64,000 nt of DNA, taken from positions 7,502,001-7,566,000 of the forward strand of contig OZ059900.1 of NCBI GenBank assembly GCA_964057225.1, written 5' to 3'. A program made the position numbers and the translations under genes. Shown here in pieces: positions 12,901 to 27,200 of the stretch. Position 1 is the stretch's first letter. Each line of letters begins with the position of its first letter. The notes below the pieces were generated by a model, which saw only the letters and a program-made list of their open reading frames with translations, ran no database searches and was not told where the DNA came from. The stretch is from Auanema rhodensis (taxonomy: Eukaryota; Animalia; Nematoda).

Positions 12901-15900
12901 TTTTAACCACTTTGGTCAAAAAGGACCGAAAATATCAAGAATTATTGGTTTTTTGGGGATTGAAGGGCATTTTGGCAAAATCAGTCAAACTTTTGATCTT
13001 AAGCATATTTTTTTCTTCTAAAACGACTAAATGTATGAAATACTGTCATAGAATGTTCATATAGGTGTATTTTGCACGAATATCAAAACTGATTGAAATA
13101 TGGGCCTTTTTATGTTCAAAACGCCATATATTCAACGATTTTGGGTACAAAACATGTGAAAACTGTATGTTTTGATCAGACCCTTTGAGATATGGATTTG
13201 AAATTCAGGATTCATGAACTTTGACTATTTTTACATATATATGTCCAATTTCAACCACTTTGGTCAAAAAGGACCGAAAATATCAAGAATTATTGGTTTT
13301 TTGGGGATTGAAGGGCATTTTGGCAAAATCAGTCAAACTTTTGATCTTAAGCATATTTTTTTCTTCTAAAACGACTAAATGTATGAAATACTGTCATAGA
13401 ATGTTCATATAGGTGTATTTTGCACGAATATCAAAACTGATTGAAATATGGGCCTTTTTATGCTCAAAACGCCATATATTCAACGATTTTGGGTACAAAA
13501 CATGTGAAAACTGTATGTTTTGATCAGACCCTTTGAGATATGGATTTGAAATTCAGGATTCATAAACTTTGACTATTTTTACATATATATGTTCAATTTT
13601 AACCACTTTGGTCAAGAAGGACCGAAAATATCAAGAATTATTGGTTTTTTGGGGTTTGAAGGGCATTTTGGCAAAATCAGTCAAACTTTTGATCTTAAGC
13701 ATATTTTTTTCTTCTAAAACGACTAAATGTATGAAATACTGTCATAGAATGTTCATATAGGTGTATTTTGCACGAATATCAAAACTGATTGAAATATGGG
13801 CCTTTTTATGCTCAAAACGCCATATATTCAACGATTTTGGGTACAAAACATGTGAAAACTGTATGTTTTGATCAGACCCTTTGAGATATGGATTTGAAAT
13901 TCAGGATTCATAAACTTTGACTATTTTTACATATATATGTTCAATTTTAACCACTTTGGTCAAAAAGGACCGAAAATATCAAGAATTATTGGTTTTTTGG
14001 GGTTTGAAGGGCGTTTTGGCTAAATCAGTCAAACTTTTGATCTTAAGCATATTTTTTTCTTCTAAAACGACTAAATGTATGAAATACTGTCATAGAATGT
14101 TCATATAGGTGTATTTTGCACGAATATCAAAACTGATTGAAATATGGGCCTTTTTATGCTCAAAACGCCATATATTCAACGATTTTGGGTACAAAACATG
14201 TGAAAACTGTATGTTTTGATCAGACCCTTTGAGATATGGATTTGAAATTCAGGATTCATAAACTTTGACTATTTTTACATATATATGTTCAATTTTAACC
14301 ACTTTGGTCAAAAAGGACCGAAAATATCAAGAATTATTGGTTTTTTGGGGTTTGAAGGGCGTTTTGGCTAAATCAGTCAAACTTTTGATCTTAAGCATAT
14401 TTTTTTCTTCTAAAACGACTAAATGTATAAAATACTGTCATAGAATGTTCATATAGGTGTATTTTGCACGAATATCAAAACTGATTGAAATATGGGCCTT
14501 TTTATGCTCAAAACGCCATATATTCAACGATTTTGGGTACAAAACATGTGAAAACTATATGTTTTGATCAGACCCTTTGAGATATGGATTTGAAATTCAG
14601 GATTCATAAACTTTGACTATTTTTACATATATATGTTCAATTGTAACCACTTTGGTCAAAAAGGACCGAAAATATCAAGAATTATTGGTTTTTTGGGGTT
14701 TGAAGGGCATTTTGGCTAAATCAGTCAAACTTTTGATCTTAAGCATATTTTTTTCTTCTAAAACGACTAAATGTATGAAATACTGTCATAGAATGTTCAT
14801 ATAGGTGTATTTTGCACGAATATCAAAACTGATTGAAATATGGACCTTTTTATGTTCAAAACGCCATATATTCAACGATTTTGGGTACAAAACATGTGAA
14901 AACTGTATGTTTTGATCAGACCCTTTGAGATATGGATTTGAAATTCAGGATTCATAAACTTTGACTATTTTTACATATATATGTTCAATTTTAACCACTT
15001 TGGTCAAAAAGGACCGAAAATATCAAGAATTATTGGTTTTTTGGGGATTGAAGGGCATTTTGGCAAAATCAGTCAAACTTTTGATCTTAAGCATATTTTT
15101 TTCTTCTAAAACGACTAAATGTATGAAATACTGTCATAGAATGTTCATATAGGTGTATTTTGCACGAATATCAAAACTGATTGAAATATGGGCCTTTTTA
15201 TGCTCAAAACGCCATATATTCAACGATTTTGGGTACAAAACATGTGAAAACTGTATGTTTTGATCAGACCCTTTGAGATAAGGATTTGAAATTCAGGATT
15301 CATAAACTTTGACTATTTTTACATATATATGTTCAATTTTAACCACTTTGGTCAAGAAGGACCGAAAATATCAAGAATTATTGGTTTTTTGGGGTTTGAA
15401 GGGCATTTTGGCAAAATCAGTCAAACTTTTGATCTTAAGCATATTTTTTTCTTCTAAAACGACTAAATGTATAAAATACTGTCATAGAATGTTCATATAG
15501 GTGTATTTTGCACGAATATCAAAACTGATTGAAATATGGGCCTTTTTATGCTCAAAACGCCATATATTCAACGATTTTGGGTACAAAACATGTGAAAACT
15601 GTATGTTTTGATCAGACCCTTTGAGATATGGATTTGAAATTCAGGATTCATGAACTTTGACTATTTTTACATATATATGTCCAATTTTAACCACTTTGGT
15701 CAAAAAGGACCGAAAATATCAAGAATTATTGGTTTTTTGGGGATTGAAGGGCATTTTGGCAAAATCAGTCAAACTTTTGATCTTAAGCATATTTTTTTCT
15801 TCTAAAACGACTAAATGTATGAAATACTGTCATAGAATGTTCATATAGGTGTATTTTGCACGAATATCAAAACTGATTGAAATATGGGCCTTTTTATGCT

Positions 15901-18900
15901 CAAAACGCCATATATTCAACGATTTTGGGTACAAAACATGTGAAAACTGTATGTTTTGATCAGACCCTTTGAGATATGGATTTGAAATTCAGGATTCATA
16001 AACTTTGACTATTTTTACATATATATGTTCAATTTTAACCACTTTGGTCAAGAAGGACCGAAAATATCAAGAATTATTGGTTTTTTGGGGTTTGAAGGGC
16101 ATTTTGGCAAAATCAGTCAAACTTTTGATCTTAAGCATATTTTTTTCTTCTAAAACGACTAAATGTATAAAATACTGTCATAGAATGTTCATATAGGTGT
16201 ATTTTGCACGAATATCAAAACTGATTGAAATATGGGCCTTTTTATGCTCAAAACGCCATATATTCAACGATTTTGGGTACAAAACATGTGAAAACTGTAT
16301 GTTTTGATCAGACCCTTTGAGATATGGATTTGAAATTCAGGATTCATAAACTTTGACTATTTTTACATATATATGTCCAATTTTAACCACTTTGGTCGAA
16401 AAGGACCGAAAATATCAAGAATTATTGGTTTTTTGGGGGTTGAAGGGCATTTTGGCAAAATCAGTCAAACTTTTGATCTTAAGCATATTTTTTTCTTCTA
16501 AAACGACTAAATGTATGAAATACTGTCATAGAATGTTCATATAGGTGTATTTTGCACGAATATCAAAACTGATTGAAATATGGGCCTTTTTATGTTCAAA
16601 ACGCCATATATTCAACGATTTTGGGTACAAAACATGTGAAAACTGTATGTTTTGATCAGACCCTTTGAGATATGGATTTGAAATTCAGGATTCATAAACT
16701 TTGGCTATTTTTACATATATATGTCCAATTTTAACCACTTTGGTCAAAAAGGACCGAAAATATCAAGAATTATTGGTTTTTTGGGGATTGAAGGGCATTT
16801 TGGCAAAATCAGTCAAACTTTTGATCTTAAGCATATTTTTTTCTTCTAAAACGACTAAATGTATGAAATACTGTCATAGAATGTTCATATAGGTGTATTT
16901 TGCACGAATATCAAAACTGATTGAAATATGGGCCTTTTTATGTTCAAAACGCCATATATTCAACGATTTTGGGTACAAAACATGTGAAAACTGTATGTTT
17001 TGATCAGACCCTTTGAGATATGGATTTGAAATTCAGGATTCATGAACTTTGACTATTTTTACATATATATGTCCAATTTCAACCACTTTGGTCAAAAAGG
17101 ACCGAAAATATCAAGAATTATTGGTTTTTTGGGGATTGAAGGGCATTTTGGCAAAATCAGTCAAACTTTTGATCTTAAGCATATTTTTTTCTTCTAAAAC
17201 GACTAAATGTATGAAATACTGTCATAGAATGTTCATATAGGTGTATTTTGCACGAATATCAAAACTGATTGAAATATGGGCCTTTTTATGCTCAAAACGC
17301 CATATATTCAACGATTTTGGGTACAAAACATGTGAAAACTGTATGTTTTGATCAGACCCTTTGAGATATGGATTTGAAATTCAGGATTCATAAACTTTGA
17401 CTATTTTTACATATATATGTTCAATTTTAACCACTTTGGTCAAGAAGGACCGAAAATATCAAGAATTATTGGTTTTTTGGGGTTTGAAGGGCATTTTGGC
17501 AAAATCAGTCAAACTTTTGATCTTAAGCATATTTTTTTCTTCTAAAACGACTAAATGTATAAAATACTGTCATAGAATGTTCATATAGGTGTATTTTGCA
17601 CGAATATCAAAACTGATTGAAATATGGGCCTTTTTATGCTCAAAACGCCATATATTCAACGATTTTGGGTACAAAACATGTGAAAACTATATGTTTTGAT
17701 CAGACCCTTTGAGATATGGATTTGAAATTCAGGATTCATAAACTTTGACTATTTTTACATATATATGTTCAATTGTAACCACTTTGGTCAAAAAGGACCG
17801 AAAATATCAAGAATTATTGGTTTTTTGGGGTTTGAAGGGCATTTTGGCTAAATCAGTCAAACTTTTGATCTTAAGCATATTTTTTTCTTCTAAAACGACT
17901 AAATGTATGAAATACTGTCATAGAATGTTCATATAGGTGTATTTTGCACGAATATCAAAACTGATTGAAATATGGACCTTTTTATGTTCAAAACGCCATA
18001 TATTCAACGATTTTGGGTACAAAACATGTGAAAACTGTATGTTTTGATCAGACCCTTTGAGATATGGATTTGAAATTCAGGATTCATAAACTTTGACTAT
18101 TTTTACATATATATGTTCAATTTTAACCACTTTGGTCAAAAAGGACCGAAAATATCAAGAATTATTGGTTTTTTGGGGTTTGAAGGGCATTTTGGCTAAA
18201 TCAATCAAACTTTTGATCTTAAGCATATTTTTTTCTTCTAAAACGACTAAATGTATGAAATACTGTCATAGAATGTTCATATAGGTGTATTTTGCACGAA
18301 TATCAGAACTGATTGAAATATGGGCCTTTTTATGCTCAAAACGCCATATATTCAACGATTTTGGGTACAAAACATGTGAAAACGATATGTTTTGATCAGA
18401 CCCTTTGAGATATGGATTTGAAATTCAGGATTCATAAACTTCGACTATTTCTACATATATATGTCCAATTTTAACCACTTTGGTCAAAAAGGACCGAAAA
18501 TATCAAGAATTATTGGTTTTTTGGGGATTGAAGGGCATTTTGGCAAAATCAGTCAAACTTTTGATCTTAAGCATATTTTTTTCTTCTAAAACGACTAAAT
18601 GTATGAAATACTGTCATAGAATGTTCATATAGGTGTATTTTGCACGAATATCAAAACTGATTGAAATATGGGCCTTTTTATGCTCAAAACGCCATATATT
18701 CAACGATTTTGGGTACAAAACATGTGAAAACTGTATGTTTTGATCAGACCCTTTGAGATATGGATTTAAAATTCAGGATTCATAAAATTCGACTATTTTT
18801 ACATATATATGTCCAATTTTAACCACTTTGGTCAAAAAGGACCGAAAATATCAAGAATTATTGGTTTTTTGGGGTTTGAAGGGCATTTTGGCTAAATCAG

Positions 18901-21227
18901 TCAAACTTTTGATCTTAAGCATATTTTTTTCTTCTAAAACGACTAAATGTATGAAATACTGTCATAGAATGTTCATATAGGTGTATTTTGCACGAATATC
19001 AAAACTGATTGAAATATGGGCCTTTTTATGCTCAAAACGCCATATATTCAACGATTTTGGGTACAAAACATGTGAAAACTGTATGTTTTGATCAGACCCT
19101 TTGAGATATGGATTTGAAATTCAGGATTCATAAACTTTGACTATTTTTACATATATATGTCCAATTTTAACCACTTTGGTCAAAAAGGACCGAAAATATC
19201 AAGAATTATTGGTTTTTTGGGGATTGAAGGGCATTTTGGCAAAATCAGTCAAACTTTTGATCTTAAGCATATTTTTTTCTTCTAAAACGACTAAATGTAT
19301 GAAATACTGTCATAGAATGTTCATATAGGTGTATTTTGCACAAATTTCAAAACTGATTGAAATATGGGCCTTTTTATGCTCAAAACGCCATATATTCAAC
19401 GATTTTGGGTACAAAACATGTGAAAACTGTATGTTTTGATCAGACCCTTTGAGATATGGATTTGAAATTCAGGATTCATAAACTTTGACTATTTTTACAT
19501 ATATATGTTCAATTTTAACCACTTTGGTCAAAAAGGACCGAAAATATCAAGAATTATTGGTTTTTTGGGGTTTGAAGGGCGTTTTGGCTAAATCAGTCAA
19601 ACTTTTGATCTTAAGCATATTTTTTTCTTCTAAAACGACTAAATGTATGAAATACTGTCATAGAATGTTCATATAGGTGTATTTTGCACGAATATCAAAA
19701 CTGATTGAAATATGGGCCTTTTTATGCTCAAAACGCCATATATTCAACGATTTTGGGTACAAAACATGTGAAAACTGTATGTTTTGATCAGACCCTTTGA
19801 GATATGGATTTGAAATTCAGGATTCATAAACTTTGACTATTTTTACATATATATGTTCAATTTTAACCACTTTGGTCAAAAAGGACCGAAAATATCAAGA
19901 ATTATTGGTTTTTTGGGGTTTGAAGGGCGTTTTGGCTAAATCAGTCAAACTTTTGATCTTAAGCATATTTTTTTCTTCTAAAACGACTAAATGTATAAAA
20001 TACTGTCATAGAATGTTCATATAGGTGTATTTTGCACGAATATCAAAACTGATTGAAATATGGGCCTTTTTATGCTCAAAACGCCATATATTCAACGATT
20101 TTGGGTACAAAACATGTGAAAACTATATGTTTTGATCAGACCCTTTGAGATATGGATTTGAAATTCAGGATTCATAAACTTTGACTATTTTTACATATAT
20201 ATGTTCAATTGTAACCACTTTGGTCAAAAAGGACCGAAAATATCAAGAATTATTGGTTTTTTGGGGTTTGAAGGGCATTTTGGCTAAATCAGTCAAACTT
20301 TTGATCTTAAGCATATTTTTTTCTTCTAAAACGACTAAATGTATGAAATACTGTCATAGAATGTTCATATAGGTGTATTTTGCACGAATATCAAAACTGA
20401 TTGAAATATGGACCTTTTTATGTTCAAAACGCCATATATTCAACGATTTTGGGTACAAAACATGTGAAAACTGTATGTTTTGATCAGACCCTTTGAGATA
20501 TGGATTTGAAATTCAGGATTCATAAACTTTGACTATTTTTACATATATATGTTCAATTTTAACCACTTTGGTCAAAAAGGACCGAAAATATCAAGAATTA
20601 TTGGTTTTTTGGGGATTGAAGGGCATTTTGGCAAAATCAGTCAAACTTTTGATCTTAAGCATATTTTTTTCTTCTAAAACGACTAAATGTATGAAATACT
20701 GTCATAGAATGTTCATATAGGTGTATTTTGCACGAATATCAAAACTGATTGAAATATGGGCCTTTTTATGCTCAAAACGCCATATATTCAACGATTTTGG
20801 GTACAAAACATGTGAAAACTGTATGTTTTGATCAGACCCTTTGAGATATGGATTTGAAATTCAGGATTCATAAACTTTGACTATTTTTACATATATATGT
20901 TCAATTTTAACCACTTTGGTCAAGAAGGACCGAAAATATCAAGAATTATTGGTTTTTTGGGGTTTGAAGGGCATTTTGGCAAAATCAGTCAAACTTTTGA
21001 TCTTAAGCATATTTTTTTCTTCTAAAACGACTAAATGTATAAAATACTGTCATAGAATGTTCATATAGGTGTATTTTGCACGAATATCAAAACTGATTGA
21101 AATATGGGCCTTTTTATGCTCAAAACGCCATATATTCAACGATTTTGGGTACAAAACATGTGAAAACTATATGTTTTGATCAGACCCTTTGAGATATGGA
21201 TTTGAAATTCAGGATTCATAAACTTTG
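6960..21227 (+). repeat. ~14-monomer block duplicated at a 27-monomer (9396-bp) offset (6960-11831 vs 16356-21227)
   Basis: The order E, A, S, I, V, SI, x, x, P, GV, GV+I, V, -, I is the same in both blocks. Both carry the rare AAACGATA variant (~8988 and ~18384), whereas the related blocks at ~1333 and ~21864 have AAACGGTA. Confidence 0.85.
10092..17747 (+). repeat. Tandem 11-monomer (3828-bp) higher-order duplication
   Basis: The variant order of monomers at 10092-13571 (ORF tags GV, GV+I, V, -, I, P, I, E, A, S) is repeated exactly 3828 bp later at 13920-17399, e.g. the GTCGAAA monomer at 12528 and 16356. Confidence 0.9.
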
Positions 21228-24200
21228 ACTATTTTTACATATATATGTTCAATTGTAACCACTTTGGTCAAAAAGGACCGAAAATATCAAGAATTATTGG
21301 TTTTTTGGGGTTTGAAGGGCATTTTGGCTAAATCAGTCAAACTTTTGATCTTAAGCATATTTTTTTCTTCTAAAACGACTAAATGTATGAAATACTGTCA
21401 TAGAATGTTCATATAGGTGTATTTTGCACGAATATCAAAACTGATTGAAATATGGACCTTTTTATGTTCAAAACGCCATATATTCAACGATTTTGGGTAC
21501 AAAACATGTGAAAACTGTATGTTTTGATCAGACCCTTTGAGATATGGATTTGAAATTCAGGATTCATAAACTTTGACTATTTTTACATATATATGTTCAA
21601 TTTTAACCACTTTGGTCAAAAAGGACCGAAAATATCAAGAATTATTGGTTTTTTGGGGTTTGAAGGGCATTTTGGCTAAATCAATCAAACTTTTGATCTT
21701 AAGCATATTTTTTTCTTCTAAAACGACTAAATGTATGAAATACTGTCATAGAATGTTCATATAGGTGTATTTTGCACGAATATCAGAACTGATTGAAATA
21801 TGGGCCTTTTTATGCTCAAAACGCCATATATTCAACGATTTTGGGTACAAAACATGTGAAAACGGTATGTTTTGATCAGACCCTTTGAGATATGGATTTG
21901 AAATTCAGGATTCATAAACTTCGACTATTTCTACATATATATGTCCAATTTTAACCACTTTGGTCAAAAAGGACCGAAAATATCAAGAATTATTGGTTTT
22001 TTGGGGATTGAAGGGCATTTTGGCAAAATCAGTCAAACTTTTGATCTTAAGCATATTTTTTTCTTCTAAAACGACTAAATGTATGAAATACTGTCATAGA
22101 ATGTTCATATAGGTGTATTTTGCACGAATATCAAAACTGATTGAAATATGGGCCTTTTTATGCTCAAAACGCCATATATTCAACGATTTTGGGTACAAAA
22201 CATGTGAAAACTGTATGTTTTGATCAGACCCTTTGAGATATGGATTTAAAATTCAGGATTCATAAAATTCGACTATTTTTACATATATATGTCCAATTTT
22301 AACCACTTTGGTCAAAAAGGACCGAAAATATCAAGAATTATTGGTTTTTTGGGGTTTGAAGGGCATTTTGGCTAAATCAGTCAAACTTTTGATCTTAAGC
22401 ATATTTTTTTCTTCTAAAACGACTAAATGTATGAAATACTGTCATAGAATGTTCATATAGGTGTATTTTGCACGAATATCAAAACTGATTGAAATATGGG
22501 CCTTTTTATGCTCAAAACGCCATATATTCAACGATTTTGGGTACAAAACATGTGAAAACTGTATGTTTTGATCAGACCCTTTGAGATATGGATTTGAAAT
22601 TCAGGATTCATAAACTTTGACTATTTTTACATATATATGTCCAATTTTAACCACTTTGGTCAAAAAGGACCGAAAATATCAAGAATTATTGGTTTTTTGG
22701 GGATTGAAGGGCATTTTGGCAAAATCAGTCAAACTTTTGATCTTAAGCATATTTTTTTCTTCTAAAACGACTAAATGTATGAAATACTGTCATAGAATGT
22801 TCATATAGGTGTATTTTGCACAAATTTCAAAACTGATTGAAATATGGGCCTTTTTATGCTCAAAACGCCATATATTCAACGATTTTGGGTACAAAACATG
22901 TGAAAACTGTATGTTTTGATCAGACCCTTTGAGATATGGATTTGAAATTCAGGATTCATAAACTTTGACTATTTTTACATATATATGTTCAATTTTAACC
23001 ACTTTGGTCAAAAAGGACCGAAAATATCAAGAATTATTGGTTTTTTGGGGTTTGAAGGGCGTTTTGGCTAAATCAGTCAAACTTTTGATCTTAAGCATAT
23101 TTTTTTCTTCTAAAACGACTAAATGTATGAAATACTGTCATAGAATGTTCATATAGGTGTATTTTGCACGAATATCAAAACTGATTGAAATATGGGCCTT
23201 TTTATGCTCAAAACGCCATATATTCAACGATTTTGGGTACAAAACATGTGAAAACTGTATGTTTTGATCAGACCCTTTGAGATATGGATTTGAAATTCAG
23301 GATTCATAAACTTTGACTATTTTTACATATATATGTTCAATTTTAACCACTTTGGTCAAAAAGGACCGAAAATATCAAGAATTATTGGTTTTTTGGGGTT
23401 TGAAGGGCATTTTGGCAAAATCAGTCAAACTTTTGATCTTAAGCATATTTTTTTCTTCTAAAACGACTAAATGTATGAAATACTGTCAAAGAATGTTCAT
23501 ATAGGTGTATTTTGCACGAATATCAAAACTGATTGAAATATGGGCCTTTTTATGCTCAAAACGCCATATATTCAACGATTTTGGGTACAAAACATGTGAA
23601 AACTGTATGTTTTGATCAGACCCTTTGAGATATGGATTTAAAATTCAGGATTCATAAAATTCGACTATTTTTACATATATATGTCCAATTTTAACCACTT
23701 TGGTCAAAAAGGACCGAAAATATCAAGAATTATTGGTTTTTTGGGGTTTGAAGGGCATTTTGGCAAAATCAGTCAAACTTTTGATCTTAAGCATATTTTT
23801 TTCTTCTAAAACGACTAAATGTATGAAATACTGTCATAGAATGTTCATATAGGTGTATTTTGCACGAATATCAAAACTGATTGAAATATGGGCCTTTTTA
23901 TGCTCAAAACGCCATATATTCAACGATTTTGGGTACAAAACATGTGAAAACTGTATGTTTTGATCAGACCCTTTGAGATATGGATTTGAAATTCAGGATT
24001 CATAAACTTCGACTATTTCTACATATATATGTCCAATTTTAACCACTTTGGTCAAAAAGGACCGAAAATATCAAGAATTATTGGTTTTTTGGGGTTTGAA
24101 GGGCATTTTGGCAAAATCAGTCAAACTTTTGATCTTAAGCATATTTTTTTTTCTAAAACGACTAAATGTATGAAATACTGTCAAAGAATGTTCATATAGG

Positions 24201-27200
24201 TGTATTTTGCACGAATATCAAAACTGATTGAAATATGGGCCTTTTTATGCTCAAAACGCCATATATTCAACGATTTTGGGTACAAAACATGTGAAAACTG
24301 TATGTTTTGATCAGACCCTTTGAGATATGGATTTGAAATTCAGGATTCATAAACTTTGACTATTTTTACATATATATGTTCAATTTTAACCACTTTGGTC
24401 AAAAAGGACCGAAAATATCAAGAATTATTGGTTTTTTGGGGTTTGAAGGGCATTTTGGCAAAATCAGTCAAACTTTTGATCTTAAGCATATTTTTTTCTT
24501 TTAAAACGACTAAATGTATGAAATACTGTCAAAGAATGTTCATATAGGTGTATTTTGCACGAATATCAAAACTGATTGAAATATGGGCCTTTTTATGCTC
24601 AAAACGCCATATATTCAACGATTTTGGGTACAAAACATGTGAAAACTGTATGTTTTGATCAGACCCTTTGAGATATGGATTTAAAATTCAGGATTCATAA
24701 AATTCGACTATTTTTACATATATATGTCCAATTTTAACCACTTTGGTCAAAAAGGACCGAAAATATCAAGAATTATTGGTTTTTTGGGGTTTGAAGGGCA
24801 TTTTGGCAAAATCAGTCAAACTTTTGATCTTAAGCATATTTTTTTCTTCTAAAACGACTAAATGTATGAAATACTGTCATAGAATGTTCATATAGGTGTA
24901 TTTTGCACGAATATCAAAACTGATTGAAATATGGGCCTTTTTATGCTCAAAACGCCATATATTCAACGATTTTGGGTACAAAACATGTGAAAACTGTATG
25001 TTTTGATCAGACCCTTTGAGATATGGATTTGAAATTCAGGATTCATAAACTTCGACTATTTCTACATATATATGTCCAATTTTAACCACTTTGGTCAAAA
25101 AGGACCGAAAATATCAAGAATTATTGGTTTTTTGGGGTTTGAAGGGCATTTTGGCAAAATCAGTCAAACTTTTGATCTTAAGCATATTTTTTTTTCTAAA
25201 ACGACTAAATGTATGAAATACTGTCAAAGAATGTTCATATAGGTGTATTTTGCACGAATATCAAAACTGATTGAAATATGGGCCTTTTTATGCTCAAAAC
25301 GCCATATATTCAACGATTTTGGGTACAAAACATGTGAAAACTGTATGTTTTGATCAGACCCTTTGAGATATGGATTTGAAATTCAGGATTCATAAACTTT
25401 GACTATTTTTACATATATATGTTCAATTTTAACCACTTTGGTCAAAAAGGACCGAAAATATCAAGAATTATTGGTTTTTTGGGGTTTGAAGGGCATTTTG
25501 GCAAAATCAGTCAAACTTTTGATCTTAAGCATATTTTTTTCTTCTAAAACGACTAAATGTATGAAATACTGTCATAGAATGTTCATATAGGTGTATTTTG
25601 CACGAATATCAAAACTGATTGAAATATGGGCCTTTTTATGTTCAAAACGCCATATATTCAACGATTTTGGGTACAAAACATGTGAAAACTGTATGTTTTG
25701 ATCAGACCCTTTGAGATATGGATTTGAAATTCAGGATTCATAAACTTTGACTATTTTTACATATATATGTCCAATTTTAACCACTTTGGTCAAAAAGGAC
25801 CGAAAATATCAAGAATTATTGGTTTTTTGGGGATTGAAGGGCATTTTGGCAAAATCAGTCAAACTTTTGATCTCAAGCATATTTTTTTCTTCTAAAACGA
25901 CTAAATGTATGAAATACTGTCATAGAATGTTCATATAGGTGTATTTTGCACGAATATCAAAACTGATTGAAATATGGGCCTTTTTATGCTCAAAACGCCA
26001 TATATTCAACGATTTTGGGTACAAAACATGTGAAAACTGTATGTTTTGATCAGACCCTTTGAGATATGGATTTGAAATTCAGGATTCATAAACTTTGACT
26101 ATTTCTACATATATATGTCCAATTTTAACCACTTTGGTCAAAAAGGACCGAAAATATCAAGAATTATTGGTTTTTTGGGGTTTGAAGGGCATTTTGGCAA
26201 AATCAGTCAAACTTTTGATCTTAAGCATATTTTTTTCTTCTAAAACGACTAAATGTATGAAATACTGTCAAAGAATGTTCATATAGGTGTATTTTGCACG
26301 AATATCAAAACTGATTGAAATATGGGCCTTTTTATGTTCAAAACGCCATATATTCAACGATTTTGGGTACAAAACATGTGAAAACTGTATGTTTTGATCA
26401 GACCCTTTGAGATATGGATTTGAAATTCAGGATTCATAAACTTTGACTATTTTTACATATATATGTCCAATTTTAACCACTTTGGTCAAAAAGGACCGAA
26501 AATATCAAGAATTATTGGTTTTTTGGGGATTGAAGGGCATTTTGGCAAAATCAGTCAAACTTTTGATCTTAAGCATATTTTTTTCTTCTAAAACGACTAA
26601 ATGTATGAAATACTGTCATAGAATGTTCATATAGGTGTATTTTGCACGAATATCAAAACTGATTGAAATATGGGCCTTTTTATGTTCAAAACGCCATATA
26701 TTCAACGATTTTGGGTACAAAACATGTGAAAACTGTATGTTTTGATCAGACCCTTTGAGATATGGATTTGAAATTCAGGATTCATGAACTTTGACTATTT
26801 TTACATATATATGTCCAATTTTAACCACTTTGGTCAAAAAGGACCGAAAATATCAAGAATTATTGGTTTTTTGGGGATTGAAGGGCATTTTGGCAAAATC
26901 AGTCAAACTTTTGATCTTAAGCATATTTTTTTCTTCTAAAACGACTAAATGTATGAAATACTGTCATAGAATGTTCATATAGGTGTATTTTGCACGAATA
27001 TCAAAACTGATTGAAATATGGGCCTTTTTATGCTCAAAACGCCATATATTCAACGATTTTGGGTACAAAACATGTGAAAACTGTATGTTTTGATCAGACC
27101 CTTTGAGATATGGATTTGAAATTCAGGATTCATAAACTTTGACTATTTTTACATATATATGTTCAATTTTAACCACTTTGGTCAAGAAGGACCGAAAATA

